DNA of 64,000 nucleotides from Octopus vulgaris (taxonomy: Eukaryota). Under the pieces are notes generated by a model. The model was not told the DNA's origin. It saw nothing but the letters and a program-made list of their open reading frames with translations, and made no database searches. The translations under genes and the position numbers were made by a program. Shown here one piece after another: positions 1-13,343 of the stretch (position 1 is the stretch's first letter; the number at the start of each line of letters is the position of its first letter). The DNA lies in NCBI GenBank assembly GCA_951406725.2, contig OX597814.1, positions 42,408,001-42,472,000 on the forward strand, in the 5' to 3' direction.

Positions 1-207
1 TGGTCACAATGCGCTTCGCATTGTTTTAGTCTTCAAATGACGTCACCCCGCTGGCTAAGTGAGCAGGCCAGCAGAAGAAAGATTGAAAGAAAGTTGTGGC
101 GAAAGATTGCAGCAGGTATCGCCACCACCCCCTGCCGGAACTTCGTGGAGCTTTAGGTGTTTTCGCTGAATAAACACTGATAACGGTCTGGGAATCGAAA
201 CCGCGAT
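1..207 (-). mobile_element. tRNA-derived SINE family B, partial (head truncated at the B box)
   Basis: Matches the copy at 51850-52031 (cagcagg..caccaccccctgcc..gctttaggtg..gtctgggaatcgaaacc); minus strand carries the B-box GGTTTCGATTCCC. Confidence 0.8.
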
Positions 208-209
208 TG

Positions 210-1400
210 TCTCCCGTAACAATTGATTATCCTTTCTTAGTTTCAATAAGGAAAACAGTTATATTTCTTTAAAATTTCCACTGAACTAAGTTCGTGGTAA
301 TTTTATGACTTACTGGAATGTTTCAGCTTACCTTTTTTTTTGCAGATATATTATATTATATATTCCTTTACGTATTCATTCCTGTTCGTCAGTGGTTTAA
401 ATTATTTTCCTTTTATTACAATATATATATATATATATATATTGTGAAGGCGCATGGCTCAGTGGTTAGAGCGTCGAGCTTACGATCGTGAGGTTGTGAG
501 CTCGAATCCCGGACCGGGCTGCGTGTTGTGTTCTTGAGCAAGGCACTTTATTTCACGTTGCTCCAGTTCACTCAGCTGTAGAAATGAGTTGCGACGTCAC
601 TGGTGCCAAGCTGTATCGACCTTTGTCTTTCCCATGGATAACACTGGTGGCGTGGAGAGGGGGAGGCTGGTATGCATGGGCGACTGCTGGTCTTCCATAA
701 ACAACCTTGCCCGGACTTGTGTCTAGGAGGGTAACTTTCTAGGTGCAATCCCATGGTCATTCATGACCGAAGGGGGTCTTTACCCTTATATTGTTCTTCA
801 TAATACTTTTTGTCGAAGAACATTCGTAGAAGTTTTTTCCAAAAGATCATTTGTCATGTTTTGGAAATGTTGGGAATTTAATTACATATTTCAAAAGTTT
901 CCTTAATTTTACATGTGCTTTCAGTTTGACACATTCCTTGGTTTTATGGACCAGTAGCTTGAATATTTTCGGTTGTGTTTGCAACTCCCACTCCATAAAA
1001 AACGTATATTCTTTCGTTTTCAAGTAATTTTATCCTAAATTGCTAGTCGATATTTTGTAAAGTGTAACTCCAGTTCCTGACATGTCCATAATTATTGTTA
1101 TATAATGCTGTCATATTATGTTCGTATGTTGTCATAAAAAAAAACACATGCCGTTAGATTTGACGCTCAATTGTGCATTCTTATTGTTATTGTTTTCAAG
1201 TGTTTTAATGTATTTGAGATTATTGCAGTATGAATTATTGAATGATTGTCCATTTTTGATTAAGGTTGCATATGACAGGTTATGGGTTGTCGCCCTTTGA
1301 TTATTACTTTATCTGATTTATAAATTATTAAGGAGGAGTTATAAACCCTTTGTCAAGTTCTGCATATTAAAAATATTTATGGCTTTATTTTAGTTTTCTT
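210..1400 (-). mobile_element. Highly decayed Penelope-like element remnant (RT thumb/linker to GIY-YIG), interrupted by a SINE
   Basis: Hand translation of the minus strand gives, in the expected order, FMTTYEHN (~PFVTTYNPN), QTQPKIFKLLV (~KRQPKNLKQLL), MNT*RNI**YIS (~MNCxSRNVIY) and NIPVSHKI (~xPVSxH). Many stops and frameshifts. Confidence 0.4.
446..786 (+). mobile_element. Full-length tRNA-derived SINE family A (Meta/CORE-like central domain) with 8-bp TSD
   Basis: A box TGGCTCAGTGG; B-box-like GCTCGAATCCC; central GTGTTCTTGAGCAAGGCACTTTATTTCAC..CTCAGCTGTAGAAATGAGT; TSD TATATTGT at 438-445 and 787-794. Confidence 0.9.
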
Positions 1401-1732
1401 GAATTCTGTTCCGTTAATATCTTCAAAGTTCTATGACCGCTCTTCGAATTTTTGATTTCGTTTCTTCTTTATGTTTATTGATTTCCTACATTTGAAATAT
1501 TTTTTCTCCTATCATTTCATTTGCTCTTTCGGTAATTTTCTTTTGGTCACACTTTTCAATTTGACATTTTTAGATATAATTTATGTACTTCAGGTCATAC
1601 TATGTGATTTCCGCTTCCAAGTTTTGAACTGCACTTTGTAGTCCGAACATCTTACTGCATAATTGCTCCAGACTCACATACAAATTATTATATTTCCATT
1701 GCGTGTCATTGTCTTTCTTTAAAATGAAATTC

Positions 1733-1808
1733 AGCCTGGAATCGAACTCAGAATCTTATGGTTAGTAGCCTGCGCTCTTAACCACTACGCCATATGCCCG
1801 TGGGCATA
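1733..1808 (-). mobile_element. tRNA-like SINE head (family E), truncated
   Basis: Minus strand GGCATATGGCGTAGTGGTTAAGAGCGC...GAGTTCGATTCCAGG carries A and B boxes but no complete cloverleaf. Confidence 0.7.
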
Positions 1809-2637
1809 ATCGCGTGAAAGCGTTACCGACGGGCTAAGTAACGCAATGAGAAGCAGAATTGTTATAAGATCGTCCACACTACATGACAATTAACTTAGAT
1901 TCTCGAGAAGGATGAAGAGAATAGTTAACTTAGGCGAATAATAACTCAGAACTTAAAATGCCGTATTCATATACCAGTCTAGATAGTTCTTGTCTCTATA
2001 ATATTGCTTAAGAACATTCACAACATATTCGATGATATTAATTCTCAATTTGATTCTCGGTTTAGACTTTTATGCCAGTGAGCATCACATCCGATGTTCT
2101 TTCTATGCGCTTCTCGTAGCCTATTGTGGTTTAAGCTTCTGTTTCACTTCCATCGCTTATAGTTGTCCTACTTACATTCTCGACGGTATAACTCAGGAGT
2201 GAGATACTAAATAATACATAGACTATCTAGCGTAAATATTATTTTGTAATATGATATCTTGCAATGACAGCTTGTTTATTGATGTGATATATATGTGTAC
2301 CGTATTTGTGCTGAAATCGATAGTAGCAAATCAAGATATTTATTACACTCGACTTATAGTTGACATGAGATCCTCTTTTGCAGTTACATATTTAAAACTA
2401 TTTTTTCATCTAACAATTACTAGATTTACACAGCAAGGATGATGTCACACTACTATCGGATATACTTGAAATCCTCACTCATCAATAGTGTCCTAAATGT
2501 AATCTCACAGAATTCAGATCCTCCGTTGATTTTCTTGAGATATAAACGTCAGCAAATTGTTATCTTTCAATGAAAAGTTTCGTACATTGATTTCTGATCG
2601 CAACAATCTGGTATCTAATGTTTAGATTGCCGTCTCT

Positions 2638-3900
2638 TACTGAGGGTGTACACATAAAATCGTCCGCTCGGCTTTATATGTTTATCCGCTCAGCTTTACA
2701 TGTTTACACTCTTATCGCCTCCAAAGTATTCTCCATTTGAAGCAATGTATCGGTCCAGACTTGTTTTCTATTTTTCGAAGCAGTCCTGGAACTCCTTTAA
2801 CACAACCGTCGTCTTTTTCTGCAGTTCTTCTATATCTGCAAGTCATTTTCTTTTAAGGAATTTTTTCATTCAGGGTAATAAAAAATGTCGCAAGGAACAA
2901 AATCGGGTGAGTTCGAAGGGTGGTTAAGCGGGGTCCTGCAATTTTTTATATCAAAAACTGTCTCACAGTGAAGGCAGTATTTTTGCAGGCGCATTATCGC
3001 AATGAAACCACCATTCTCCACTTTGCGTCTCGCAACGCATTCAGAACTTCCAAGTGAAATGTCTGGTTAACAGTTTGACTGGGAGGAACTAACTTTGAGT
3101 GCACAATTCCTGTCACACTGATGAAACTAGTCAGTGTCGTCTTGAAACTGGACTTCATTCGACAGGCTTTTGGGGGCGTGGTTACATTGGATTCCCCTTT
3201 GATTTGATTATTGGTTCGTTTTCGGGTCATAGCAGTAGCACCACTTACGTCACCAGTGATGAGTTTTGAATAAAGGTCCCGATCAACTTCCAACGGTTCC
3301 TTCAGTTCACGACGCGCATTCAGTCGTGACTGCTTTTAATGTTCTGTGAGCAAGCGAGGCACAAATTTTACTGCTACTGTTTTCATTCGAAATTTCTCTC
3401 TCAGAATTAATTGGAAGGAGCTGCTGGCCACACCTGCCATATCAACATATTCATACATAAAGTGTTCAGCGGTGGTCCCTCAATTTCAGATCATGAATTT
3501 TCGTGATGTTTTCTTTCCTTCGGGTTGTCGACGGTGGCCCTGAACGAGGTTGGTCTTCGAGTGAGAAGTGACTATTCCTAAAGCGTGAAAACCACTCGTA
3601 AGCTTGTGTTTACCCGTTTCAGCGTTCTTGAAGCATGACAATTGTTTCGGCCGCTGTTTTCTCCAGCAAAATAGCAAAATTTCAGGAAAGTACACGTCGT
3701 TTGAGTCATCGCAAAAATTGACGTTTAGGGGAGAAACACTGCAAAATAAAGACGCAACACGTAACAGTATGATTCTAGAGGTCAACGCCGGTTGACAAAC
3801 TAATTCCTGAGGTTTGCATCAAGCAGCTTCTAGCGGCGGGGGCCTGACTAAGAAGAGGTTATCCCACAGAAAACGTTTGCAGTTGATTTTGGATCTCGTA
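2638..3900 (-). mobile_element. Near full-length mariner (Tc1/mariner, DD34D-type) transposon, transposase pseudogenised
   Basis: Minus-strand motifs in order: KTAAETIVMLQ, EWFSRFR..LEDQPRSGPPST, KLITGD, GIVHSKLVPPSQTVNQTFHLEVL, WFHCDNAPA, HPSNSPDFVPCD (~HPPYSPDLAPCD), LDRYIASNGEYFG. About 1.26 kb, bounded by TA dinucleotides with degenerate ends. Confidence 0.92.
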
Positions 3901-6364
3901 TCTATTATAGATTTTCATGGAATTTAAGAAAGTAAAAGTGTTGATTGTCTCGTCCTCAGAAGATTCTACGAGATCGATATACATCAGAGATGAAATACGA
4001 CACATCATACAGCTAATCACAAAACACCGACGTTAAAAAGGAAGGATATTTAGCAGCCCATACAATGTAAATCAATGTGCTGTTAATGATGAAATGCATC
4101 TTATTTTAATTCCAATCGGCCAAGATTGAACTATGTTAAGCTGCAACAACAACTGGTAATTATTAATCAAACCTGAATCGATGAATTTCTAAATATAAAC
4201 CTCTGAGATAGATGGGCACGCAACTTATGTCAATGTAACTAATTACCGCAAGCCATTTGTTTTAGAAGTTTTAGATATATGACACTCTAAAGACCAAAAT
4301 TAATAGTACTGCGTACAAATATTTTCACATATCTATTCTCACGCGGGAAAGATGTGCACTAGCTTTTATAATACCAGGAATGGTATGTTATTATACAGTC
4401 ATTTCATAGTGTGGAATATGGTAAAGGTGTCATCTTACAGAAATCCTCGTGTTTAAAAATATATTTTCAAATGGCAATGCAGTATAATTGATACATGCAA
4501 ACATGCATATTTTTCTTTTGTGAATCAAACGTTTTATTCAATATAAGCGTTTACTTCAGCGAGTATTTTGACTGCTTTGAAGCTTTGGAAAACATTTCGA
4601 TATCCACATGTGTTGCTTTGGTTCTAAAATTTGATTAAAGTTCTTTATGTCTAGTTATAGAAAGGCTGTTTTTATTTCATATAAGCAAATTAACTTCACT
4701 CTTCAGATAGCGTAATACAATATTCATGGTTAACAAATAAAAGAACTGTGTAATATTTTAATTAATATAGTCTTCGATACAAAAGTATTATATGAAGCAT
4801 TGTATTTATACATTACCAATTAATCATCACTCTTTTTTGGAAACCAGATATATTTTCCTTTATTAGATTGCAGATTAATGCAACCTATAGTCGAACGAAT
4901 TTCAAATAAATTTCAAACCCGTTACGGATATGTTCACCATAATTGGCGTAATGTTAATTTCAATCTCAAATTAACAGTCTTGCAAAAGATAATGTTTGAT
5001 TAATTCAGTATTCCGTTCGTATACTGTGATATTTCATCGTAACATATAATTAAAAAGGGTATGATGTAGCCTTTAAATGCTAGTTTAAGTTATTTATTTG
5101 CTTTAGAGGGAAATTGATCATTCCGATATTTAGTAGTGGTATTTCCAAACGAGACATTTCTCCATTTATTTTTACATAATTGAAAAACGTAACTTAAATA
5201 TAAAATGCATCAAAATACAGCATAAATAGTAAACCAAGTCACTACAACAAAAATAATTACGTCAAAAAGATGAAACAAACCGTTACAATTTTGATAAAAG
5301 AAACTTTAAATATATTTCACAAAAACAAGCATATAAAAATAATGAAGCTGAAACGAATTAATTTAAAGTGAGCGAAAATCACTAAAATTAACCTAGCTAA
5401 TCAGATGTTCGGCTAATCACACAAACCTTCAATAAAGTAAAACTCAGAGTGCTATTTAATGTCACTAATGAATAAAACTTCTTGAAATGAAGGTAACTGC
5501 TAGGAAAATATATTAATACATGGAATTATAAAATTGCAGCCAGCTAATATCTAAATCCCATTTTAAGAACAACCGGTTTATTATAGCCGATTTAAAGTCG
5601 GTGTTTTAACCATAATTTTAAGGTAATGATTTTAATGTATTCATGGAAATATATAGCTATGTTTTCCGTTATTTTTTGTGCTATCACATGAAAATTAGTG
5701 CCTCTCATTAAATAGAAATGTATAAATGATCAGTTCTGAATGTTTTTGAAAGCTGGTATCTTAGAAACCTCTATTATTTTTAAATCTAATGCTCTCACTC
5801 TCGGAACACAGCAGATTAAACAATAAGGAAAATAATTTGTATTTAACATACAAATCTATGCATCTTGTTTTATTTTAAATCATAGATGTACAAAATTGTT
5901 AGAAAGAAAAAAAAGATATTGCACATACGCGTAGAAGCGTAAACGTATGTGATTATATATGCATACGCACATACATACATGCTCAAGCGCACATAAAGCC
6001 GCACACGCACACATACACACATAATACCAAATTCAAAGCGCTCTGTTCGAATGATGTTATTTAATTGAATTCCTATGCATAGCTGAGATTTTGCTCAACT
6101 TACTGCCATACAATACACAATGACTTCAATGAAATGGAAGTAGTTACATACATACATACATCCAGACACACACATACACATTCATACATACTTATATATA
6201 TATATATGTGTGTGTGTGTGTTTGTGTAAGCATACACGTGTGTGTGCGGGAATGCAAGAGTGCTTGAGAGTGATTGTATCATTATTAATGAAATCAAAAT
6301 ACTTAATGGTTCGCGTTTCTCAGAAAAACAATATATATTCAAAACGGATTTGTAATGCCAAGGC

Positions 6365-6580
6365 ATAATTTCTACTCTAGGCAAATGGCCAGAAATTTTG
6401 TGGGAGGGAGTCAGTCGATTAGATCGACCCCAGTACGCAATTAGTACTTAATTTATCGACCCCGAAACGATGAAAGGCAAAGTCGGCCTCGGCGCAATTT
6501 GAACTCAGAACGTAAAGTCTAACGAAACATCGCTAAGTATTTCGCCTGGCGTACTAACCTTTCTGCCAGCTCCCCGCCTT
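6365..6580 (-). mobile_element. tRNA-derived SINE family C (Nin/Deu-like central domain)
   Basis: Minus strand AAGGCGGGGAGCTGGCAG...GAGTTCAAAT...GACTTTGCCTTTCATCGTTTCGGGGTCGATAAATTAAGTAC; matches copies at 23422 and 58969. Confidence 0.88.
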
Positions 6581-6595
6581 CGAATCTGCTATATT

Positions 6596-7165
6596 ACTCG
6601 TTTACTCTTTAACTTGTTTCAGTCATTTGACTGCGGCCATGTTGGAGCAAATCGACCCCAGGACTTATTATTTTGTAAGCCTAATACTTATTCTATCGGT
6701 TGTTTTGCCGAACCGCTAAGTTACGGGGACTTAAACACACCAGCATCAGTTGTCAAGCGATGTTGTGGCGACAAACACAGGCACAAAAACATACACAAAC
6801 ACATACATAACACCATTTTGCTATATTTAGGTCCTTCTCAGAATTATATGGCAAGAGTTCATATGTTCAACAACATGATGTTCGTGTGTATGTACACACA
6901 TATTTTATCTTTCATATTTTAATTGTTTCAGTCACAGGCACACACACACAATGCATTCAAACACGAAACACACATACACACAGACATACACACGTATGTA
7001 TGTATGTAGGTTTTTCGAATATATTCGAAGTGTCCCTTTCATTTTCTGTCTACTTCATCCACTTAAAAGGATTAGTTGGCCCAGAAAACGCTCGCCCTGG
7101 GTGCTCTGCACCGGGACTGAACCCAGAAAAATGCGGTTGGGAAGCAAGGCACCTAGTACATAGTC
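6596..7165 (-). mobile_element. SINE family D (tRNA head, internal microsatellite, CCAGCATGGCCGCAG tail), degenerate
   Basis: Tail at 6596-6790 and a degenerate head at ~7010-7165 align to the copy at 12990-13343. Confidence 0.75.
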
Positions 7166-8473
7166 AGGTATCATCTTTCTTTTTTAATTCTCTTTCCCTG
7201 TGTAGTATATTCGATTGTTATATGTATTTCCTAGTTTTCATTGTAGACTTTATCCGAGAAATATAATTTACCATAACTCACAATAAAATAGGACTTGTTT
7301 AAGTTATTTTCTTTTTTAACACAATCTCCGCCAGCCTGGTTAATAAATTAAACAAGGAATTAATGATTAAAGCACTTGGCAGCGTTTTTTTGACAGTTTC
7401 AAACGTAAACAATTCAGTAATATTTTTGTCTACGTTAAATAACAAACTTCATATAGACCGCTGTTGTCTCCGTGTTACATCAATTAATATACCTATATAC
7501 TTTCACACACGCCAACAAAAGTGCGCGCGCGCATATACGCATATTACACTCACACACACACAGACATTTCTGTGTGTATATATATGTGAGTGCGCGCGCG
7601 TATTTGCGTTTCTGTGTGTATAGTGTACGCGTGTATACGTGTATGTCTCTCTGTCTGTGCATCTGTGTGTGTGTTTGTGTGTGCGTAGTTTGCGTACTAT
7701 ATTCTGATGAACAAATCGAATACAGAGCATTGATTTACATGAAATTTGAAATTTAATATCGTTAAGCATACTAATGAATTGTTAGCAAGTATGCATTCAA
7801 ATAAATAATATGGGAATTGATTTAATAGAAATTTAATTATATGACTGTAATGAAAATAACCAAAGGAGGTTTATAATTATGTTTAAAATTTGTTGGTTTT
7901 CTCTCTCTCAAAGATCTATAACGTATTCAAACATCCACAGGATATTTTTTATACCACGCTTCGTAATTCCGGTTGTTTATACGGCATGATGTCACAGTGG
8001 GTATCGTTACGTATACAACTTACATTTTAAGGATGGCATAATATTTATGATATGTATCGTGCTTTAGTCTGGCTCACTACAAAACTGAGATACATATAGC
8101 TCTTATACACTATGGAAATGTACACAAATAGATTAGCAAGTGTACACAATACCTTATTTCCTTCACAATGCATAGATTTGTCATTGCAGATGAGATTGTA
8201 TATTCAATAAGGGATCCTTGAAGCAAATATAGACATTGTACGAACGGCAGTATTACAACTTACATGTAAAATAAAAATGAAACAATATTTTATTTCTTGT
8301 AAATATGTTTTAAAAGAAAGGATTTTGTAGCGATTCTGTATACTAAATTTAACATAAAACCAAGCATGTGATAAAAACTAGTTGAAATATTCTGTTTGCA
8401 ATGACCTACTTGTGAAAAGTATACAACATATTCGTAAGAACTTATGTAACGAATATAGCTTATATATCTATAC

Positions 8474-8516
<43 letters not shown>

Positions 8517-9331
8517 GAGAGGGGGAGAGAGAGAGTGAATAAGAGAGAGAATGATACATACATATATATAATATATATTTATATATACATTTACACATAC
8601 ATGCAAGTACACACAACACATGCAAAACACAAGCACAGAACGCATATATGTATACATAAACGTATATACGTATATATATATATATGTGTGTGTGTGTGTG
8701 AATATGTGCGCCTGTGTGTTGTTCGAGTGTATGCGAATGTGAGTAGGTTAAGTAATTAAATCAATATTAAAATATAAGTGTATGCTTTTACCTCTTCTTT
8801 ATGGGTGTAAACCATTTAGTCTCGCAGACCATTAACTTTGGAATAATAAACTTAAATTTTCGCAAATCGGAGAGTAAAGTGATTGCAGCCATATTAATCT
8901 TGGAGTTTTGGCTAAATTCCAGTGTTACTGAAGCTCACGTCATTCATTGACAAAGGCAACACGGAATTATGATATAATGTATATATATATATATATGTAT
9001 ATATATTCCATACGTATACTTGTCATTATAGATAATATTTAAGTGCTATACTTGCTTATCGACTAGAGATTATTGTTTTCTCTTGATGTCATCACCATGC
9101 AAATAAAATATGTTTTCGCGCAGTTTCCCTTACGCGTTGTGAAATCTGAACTTTCGTAACATCAGTAATCACAAAGAGAATACATAAGAGCTTAAATATG
9201 TACATGTATGCTTATAAATGTGTGCATGTATATATATAGAGAGAGATAGATAAAGCGCATATATAAAAAAGTTATATGTATAAACGTTTATGAAGTTGTG
9301 TTGCAAGATTCCTGATGTGAAATCGTGTGAG

Positions 9332-9693
9332 ATATTGTTGTATTTCAGGACGGTATTTCTTTCCTGTTGCCAAATAAACACACGCACTATATATTAGTTC
9401 TTCGTCTGTTTATTACTGCTATTATTCTAACTCGTGTCGATTGTCCGGAAATATTTCGTCACATGTCTGTGACCTCCTCAGCGACACATTTCGTCTTCGT
9501 ATGTGATCTTGTTTTGCTTACATAAATAAGCAGAGCAAGACCAAACACGAAAGCGGAACATCTCGCTTAGGAGGTCACAAGAGAACGATTTCCGGAGTGT
9601 GGACAGTAATAGACCAGTGAAGAACGAATATATAGTGCGTGTGTCTATTTGGCGAAGCAAGAAAAAATTACCATCTGGAAAATACAAGAATAT
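9332..9693. repeat. Long imperfect palindrome (head-to-head PLE terminal repeats carrying HHR motifs)
   Basis: Arm 9332-9520 is the reverse complement of 9527-9693 (e.g. gccaaataaacacacgcactatatatt / aatatatagtgcgtgtgtctatttggc); 6-nt loop CATAAA. Confidence 0.88.
9434..9487 (-). ncRNA. Type I hammerhead ribozyme motif, near intact
   Basis: GUGUCG CUGAGGA G GUCACA-GACA-UGUGAC GAAA UAUUUCCGGACAAU CGACAC: core, stem II and stem I are present; stem III and the cleavage register are imperfect. Confidence 0.75.
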
Positions 9694-9798
9694 GTTAAAA
9701 TTATGTGATATTACATAATGTAAAATAATAAGAAATATATTGGGAAGATGTTTGAACCCCCATAGTCGTTATAATTACTGCACATACACACACACATA

Positions 9799-9799
<1 letters not shown>

Positions 9800-9856
<57 letters not shown>
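9800..9856. repeat. (TAT)n microsatellite
   Basis: Direct inspection. Confidence 0.95.
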
Positions 9857-9935
9857 TTTATATAGATAGATAGATAGGTATAGATTTACAAATATATGTG
9901 CGTATGTGTGCATGTATATATGCATATAATATATA

Positions 9936-9976
<41 letters not shown>

Positions 9977-10024
9977 ATATATATATATATAATATATATG
10001 TATATAATATATGCATAATATATG

Positions 10025-10067
<43 letters not shown>

Positions 10068-10724
10068 GTGTGTGGGGTATGTCTGTGGAATATATATAGA
10101 AACACACAACATATGTGCCTGCAGATGTGCAATCGAGCCGAATTTTGTAATTTGCTATATACTTATCTTACCCCAGTTATACCATCTTCATAATACTTTG
10201 TCTAATCGATCTGCATACCATTCAATTGGAACATATAAAATTATGTTTGAGAAATAAGTACGACATTACAATATGAAAGGAGTGGACATTAAAAATTCAA
10301 TATTCGTCTCTTGAATAAGAATATCGGAATAAATTTTCAGCAACCGAATGTATTAGAATGAGCTTTTAGTTATCAAATACATATATTTCTAAAGATAATT
10401 TCCAATGTTTTCAAAGCAGTTGCCACAGTCATGAGGTAAATGTTTTATTCTGTTTGTTGTCGACAGAAGATCAGTTGCAAAAAAAAAAAAAAATTATGAG
10501 AGGCATTACAACATGGCCATGTCAAGTTTTTGAATTGCTTTCTAATATTTGTCTAGCATATTCTGCACTTATTAACACAGATTTGTATTTAATGGTACTT
10601 TGCATGTCAATTATTGCAGTTCGAGACATTACATTAACTGTGCTTTATTAAATCTGCTGGTTCCATGATATAAAATTTTAAAGTGACACAGTTAAACTAA
10701 TTTCTGTAGACATGAAACATGGCT

Positions 10725-10925
10725 ACAAACCCTTGATTTTATGTCTGTGGTACAGCTAAGAGTGAGGTGAGCACAATTCCTTGTAAAACCAAAGAAGCAC
10801 TGGAGTCAAGGGTAATGGCAGTATAAACCAACATAAACACTCGCTCATAGAAGCTTCCACAAAAATATGAGCATGCGCACACGTGAGATTTGTTGGAGTC
10901 ATGATCACAAAGCGAATTATTTATC
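10725..10925 (+). mobile_element. Tc1/mariner superfamily (maT/DD37D-like) transposase C-terminal fragment
   Basis: Frameshifted NP(LD)FYVCGTAKSEVSTIPCKTKEALESRVMAV*TNIN...ACAHVRFVGVM resembles NPLDYYVWG.VE.E.NK.P.NTK..LKA.I...AC..FR.RLEAV. Confidence 0.65.
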
Positions 10926-11030
10926 AACTTGGGGGTTAAAAGAAAGGAGAGGTTAAAAAGTAAATATAAGTCATTCATACATCAAAGTAAATTAAGTTAA
11001 CGGTTACTCAAAATTCATTCCCACCCCATT

Positions 11031-11070
<40 letters not shown>

Positions 11071-11125
11071 CAAATATACATATATACACATATATAAGTA
11101 TATATAGGTATATATATACATGTAT

Positions 11126-11194
<69 letters not shown>

Positions 11195-11297
11195 ATAAAA
11201 ATGGTAAGACAACAAATGAATAAAAGAGAACCTAGATATTATGTAAATAGAGGAATTTATCTGTAGATGTAATATGTGACAGTTATTCGGGAGCCAT

Positions 11298-11358
11298 GAT
11301 AAAACTCCGAGTTTCGGATGCCGAGGTGGAAATCCACGCCGCCATCACATCAGTTACC
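11298..11358 (-). ncRNA. Type I hammerhead ribozyme motif in a PLE-like terminal repeat (~11192-11420)
   Basis: GGUAA CUGAUGU GAUG(gcggc GUGGA uu UCCAC cucgg)CAUC C GAAAC UCGGA GUU UUAUC: stems I, II and III pair; the core has A9->U. Confidence 0.75.
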
Positions 11359-11490
11359 CGGCCATCGGAAAAAATGGTATGAAAAATTACCTTTATACGA
11401 AGGGAAGCTACTGTGTGTTTGACCGTTTTTAAGACAAAAGAGCTATTTGAATGAACGTTAAGTATATATATACATACACACATACACAAA

Positions 11491-11532
<42 letters not shown>

Positions 11533-12360
11533 GCATCTGTATATAATGCATCTGTATATAAATGTGGTTGGGAAAACATACATAATCACTGGAAAAATAT
11601 ATTTCTCTTACTCTCACTTTTGTTGCGCTTTTCTCTGTGGTCGTACTTTATGATTCTCTGAGTTTCTTGAACAGTAATTTGATATATTATACGAAAGAGC
11701 AACTAATCAAATTTACTCAGAGGATTAGTAAATAAGACAAATGCCTTACGTTTGCAATATATTTAATCAGGTTTTAACTAAACAAATAATTATCTCAGAT
11801 GATTCCAGGAACAGTTACCGCTAGGTTTTTTTCTCAACAATGGAAAAATAAATACATAAAATCAGATATTATCAGCAATAAATTTGATTTAATTGTTTTT
11901 AATTTTTACAGTGCAGCACACACTTTGTCGTTTATTTGTAACGCTTAGTTTGCGGCTAAGTATAATCCTAAGTGAATTACTTCAAAACAGGTCTATTTAT
12001 CACGGCATGTTTGTTATAGACCTGGTATGCCTAATGTGAGTGTACAATGATAAGTACATGTGTAATTTGGAACAAACCGCAAAATGATGAGAACATTTTT
12101 GTTACTAAATTAAGTATGAGGTATGTATTTATTCCACCCACTTCATACAAAGCTTTAGAAAAAATGGCAAATGGTATATATATTCTATACCTTAAATTTT
12201 CAACGAACTTTTCACAGCATATTTGTTTCAAATAATCGAAAAATTGCCCTCGAATAACGCTGTATCCAATACAAAACAAATGATGAAAGCCAATCATCAT
12301 GTATCTATCTGTTTATCTGGCCCTCTCTCTTCCTATATATATATATATATATATATATAT

Positions 12361-12980
12361 AATCAAAATAAGCAAAAAGATGTGAAGTAGTGATGCAGTA
12401 CAACCGTATGAAGTGGCTCCATTTAACTGAACAATGCAATCATTACATCAATTTCAAGGCAGAGTCATCTTCAGTTGCACGAATAAATAAATAGTATTTT
12501 AACAGTTGGACACTTAATATCATTTTTCTCAAACAGAGCATGAAGATGAAATAAATTCATGTAATCGCTATTGTAGTTAAGAATAGACTACATTTCAAAG
12601 AATTATGTGAAGCCCATTGGGGTCATAGCTTGTAAAGAATTGTGGTTCATTTCTAATTCATTTATCTCTTTATCAACTACTTATTCGAAGACTATAGGAC
12701 CGTGTCTGTTTAGAATAAATGGCAAGAGTGAGTTGACAGCTCATAGTTAGGTATGGTAATAAATATTGTTATACGTATCCCTTTTCCTTAGGTAAGGAAG
12801 AAGACATTAGTAGTAGTCCATTGGATATAGAGTAGCAGTCTATAAAAGGAGGATGGGTACGGGAAGACACTAAATCATGATGATAATTACCAGTTAAAGC
12901 GACAAGACGCTAATAAAACCTAGGATGTTTATACAGAGGAAATTTCATCTTGGAGCGTAATGAGTGATTGTATTAAAACA
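12361..12980 (-). mobile_element. PLE 3' remnant with degenerate HHR (12394-12479)
   Basis: UGCAA CUGAAGA UGACUC...GAGCCA ..(GAAAC lost).. GGUUGUA CUGCA; reverse-complement match to 14235-14345; ends at a (TA)n tract; upstream HPR-like remnant. Confidence 0.6.
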
Positions 12981-12989
12981 TTATCGGTA

Positions 12990-13343
12990 TACTCTTTTAC
13001 TCTTTTACTTGATTCAGTCATTTGACTGCGGCCATGCTGGAGCACCGCCTTTAGTCGAGTATATCGACCCCAGGACTAATTCATTGTAAGACTAATACTT
13101 ATTCTATCGGTCTCTTGCCGAACCGCAAAATTACGGAGACGTAAATATACCAGCATCGTTTGTCAGTATATACATATATACGACGGGTTTTTTGAGTTTC
13201 CGTCCACCAAATCCACTCACAAGTCTTTGGTTGGCACGAAGCTATAGTAGAAGACACTTGCCGAAGGAGCCACGCAGTAAGACTGAACCCGGAACCATGT
13301 GGTTGGTAAGCAAGCTACTTACTCCACAGCCACTTCTGCACCT
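12990..13343 (-). mobile_element. SINE family D, full length
   Basis: Minus-strand head GGTGCAGAAGTGGCTGTGG..GGTTCCGGGTTCAGTC, CORE-like TTCGGCAAGTGTCTTCTACTATAG, short TA tract, tail ending (AAAAGAGT)n. Confidence 0.9.

Noticed and set aside
446-525. tRNA-like sequences (also at 1733, 51960 and 58969)
   Set aside because: Acceptor stems are incomplete and they continue into SINE bodies, so these are SINE heads rather than tRNA genes.
1400-1720. Minus-strand coiled-coil-like reading (MFGLQSAVQNLEAEIT)
   Set aside because: Multiple stops and no diagnostic motif; likely unclassified TE debris.
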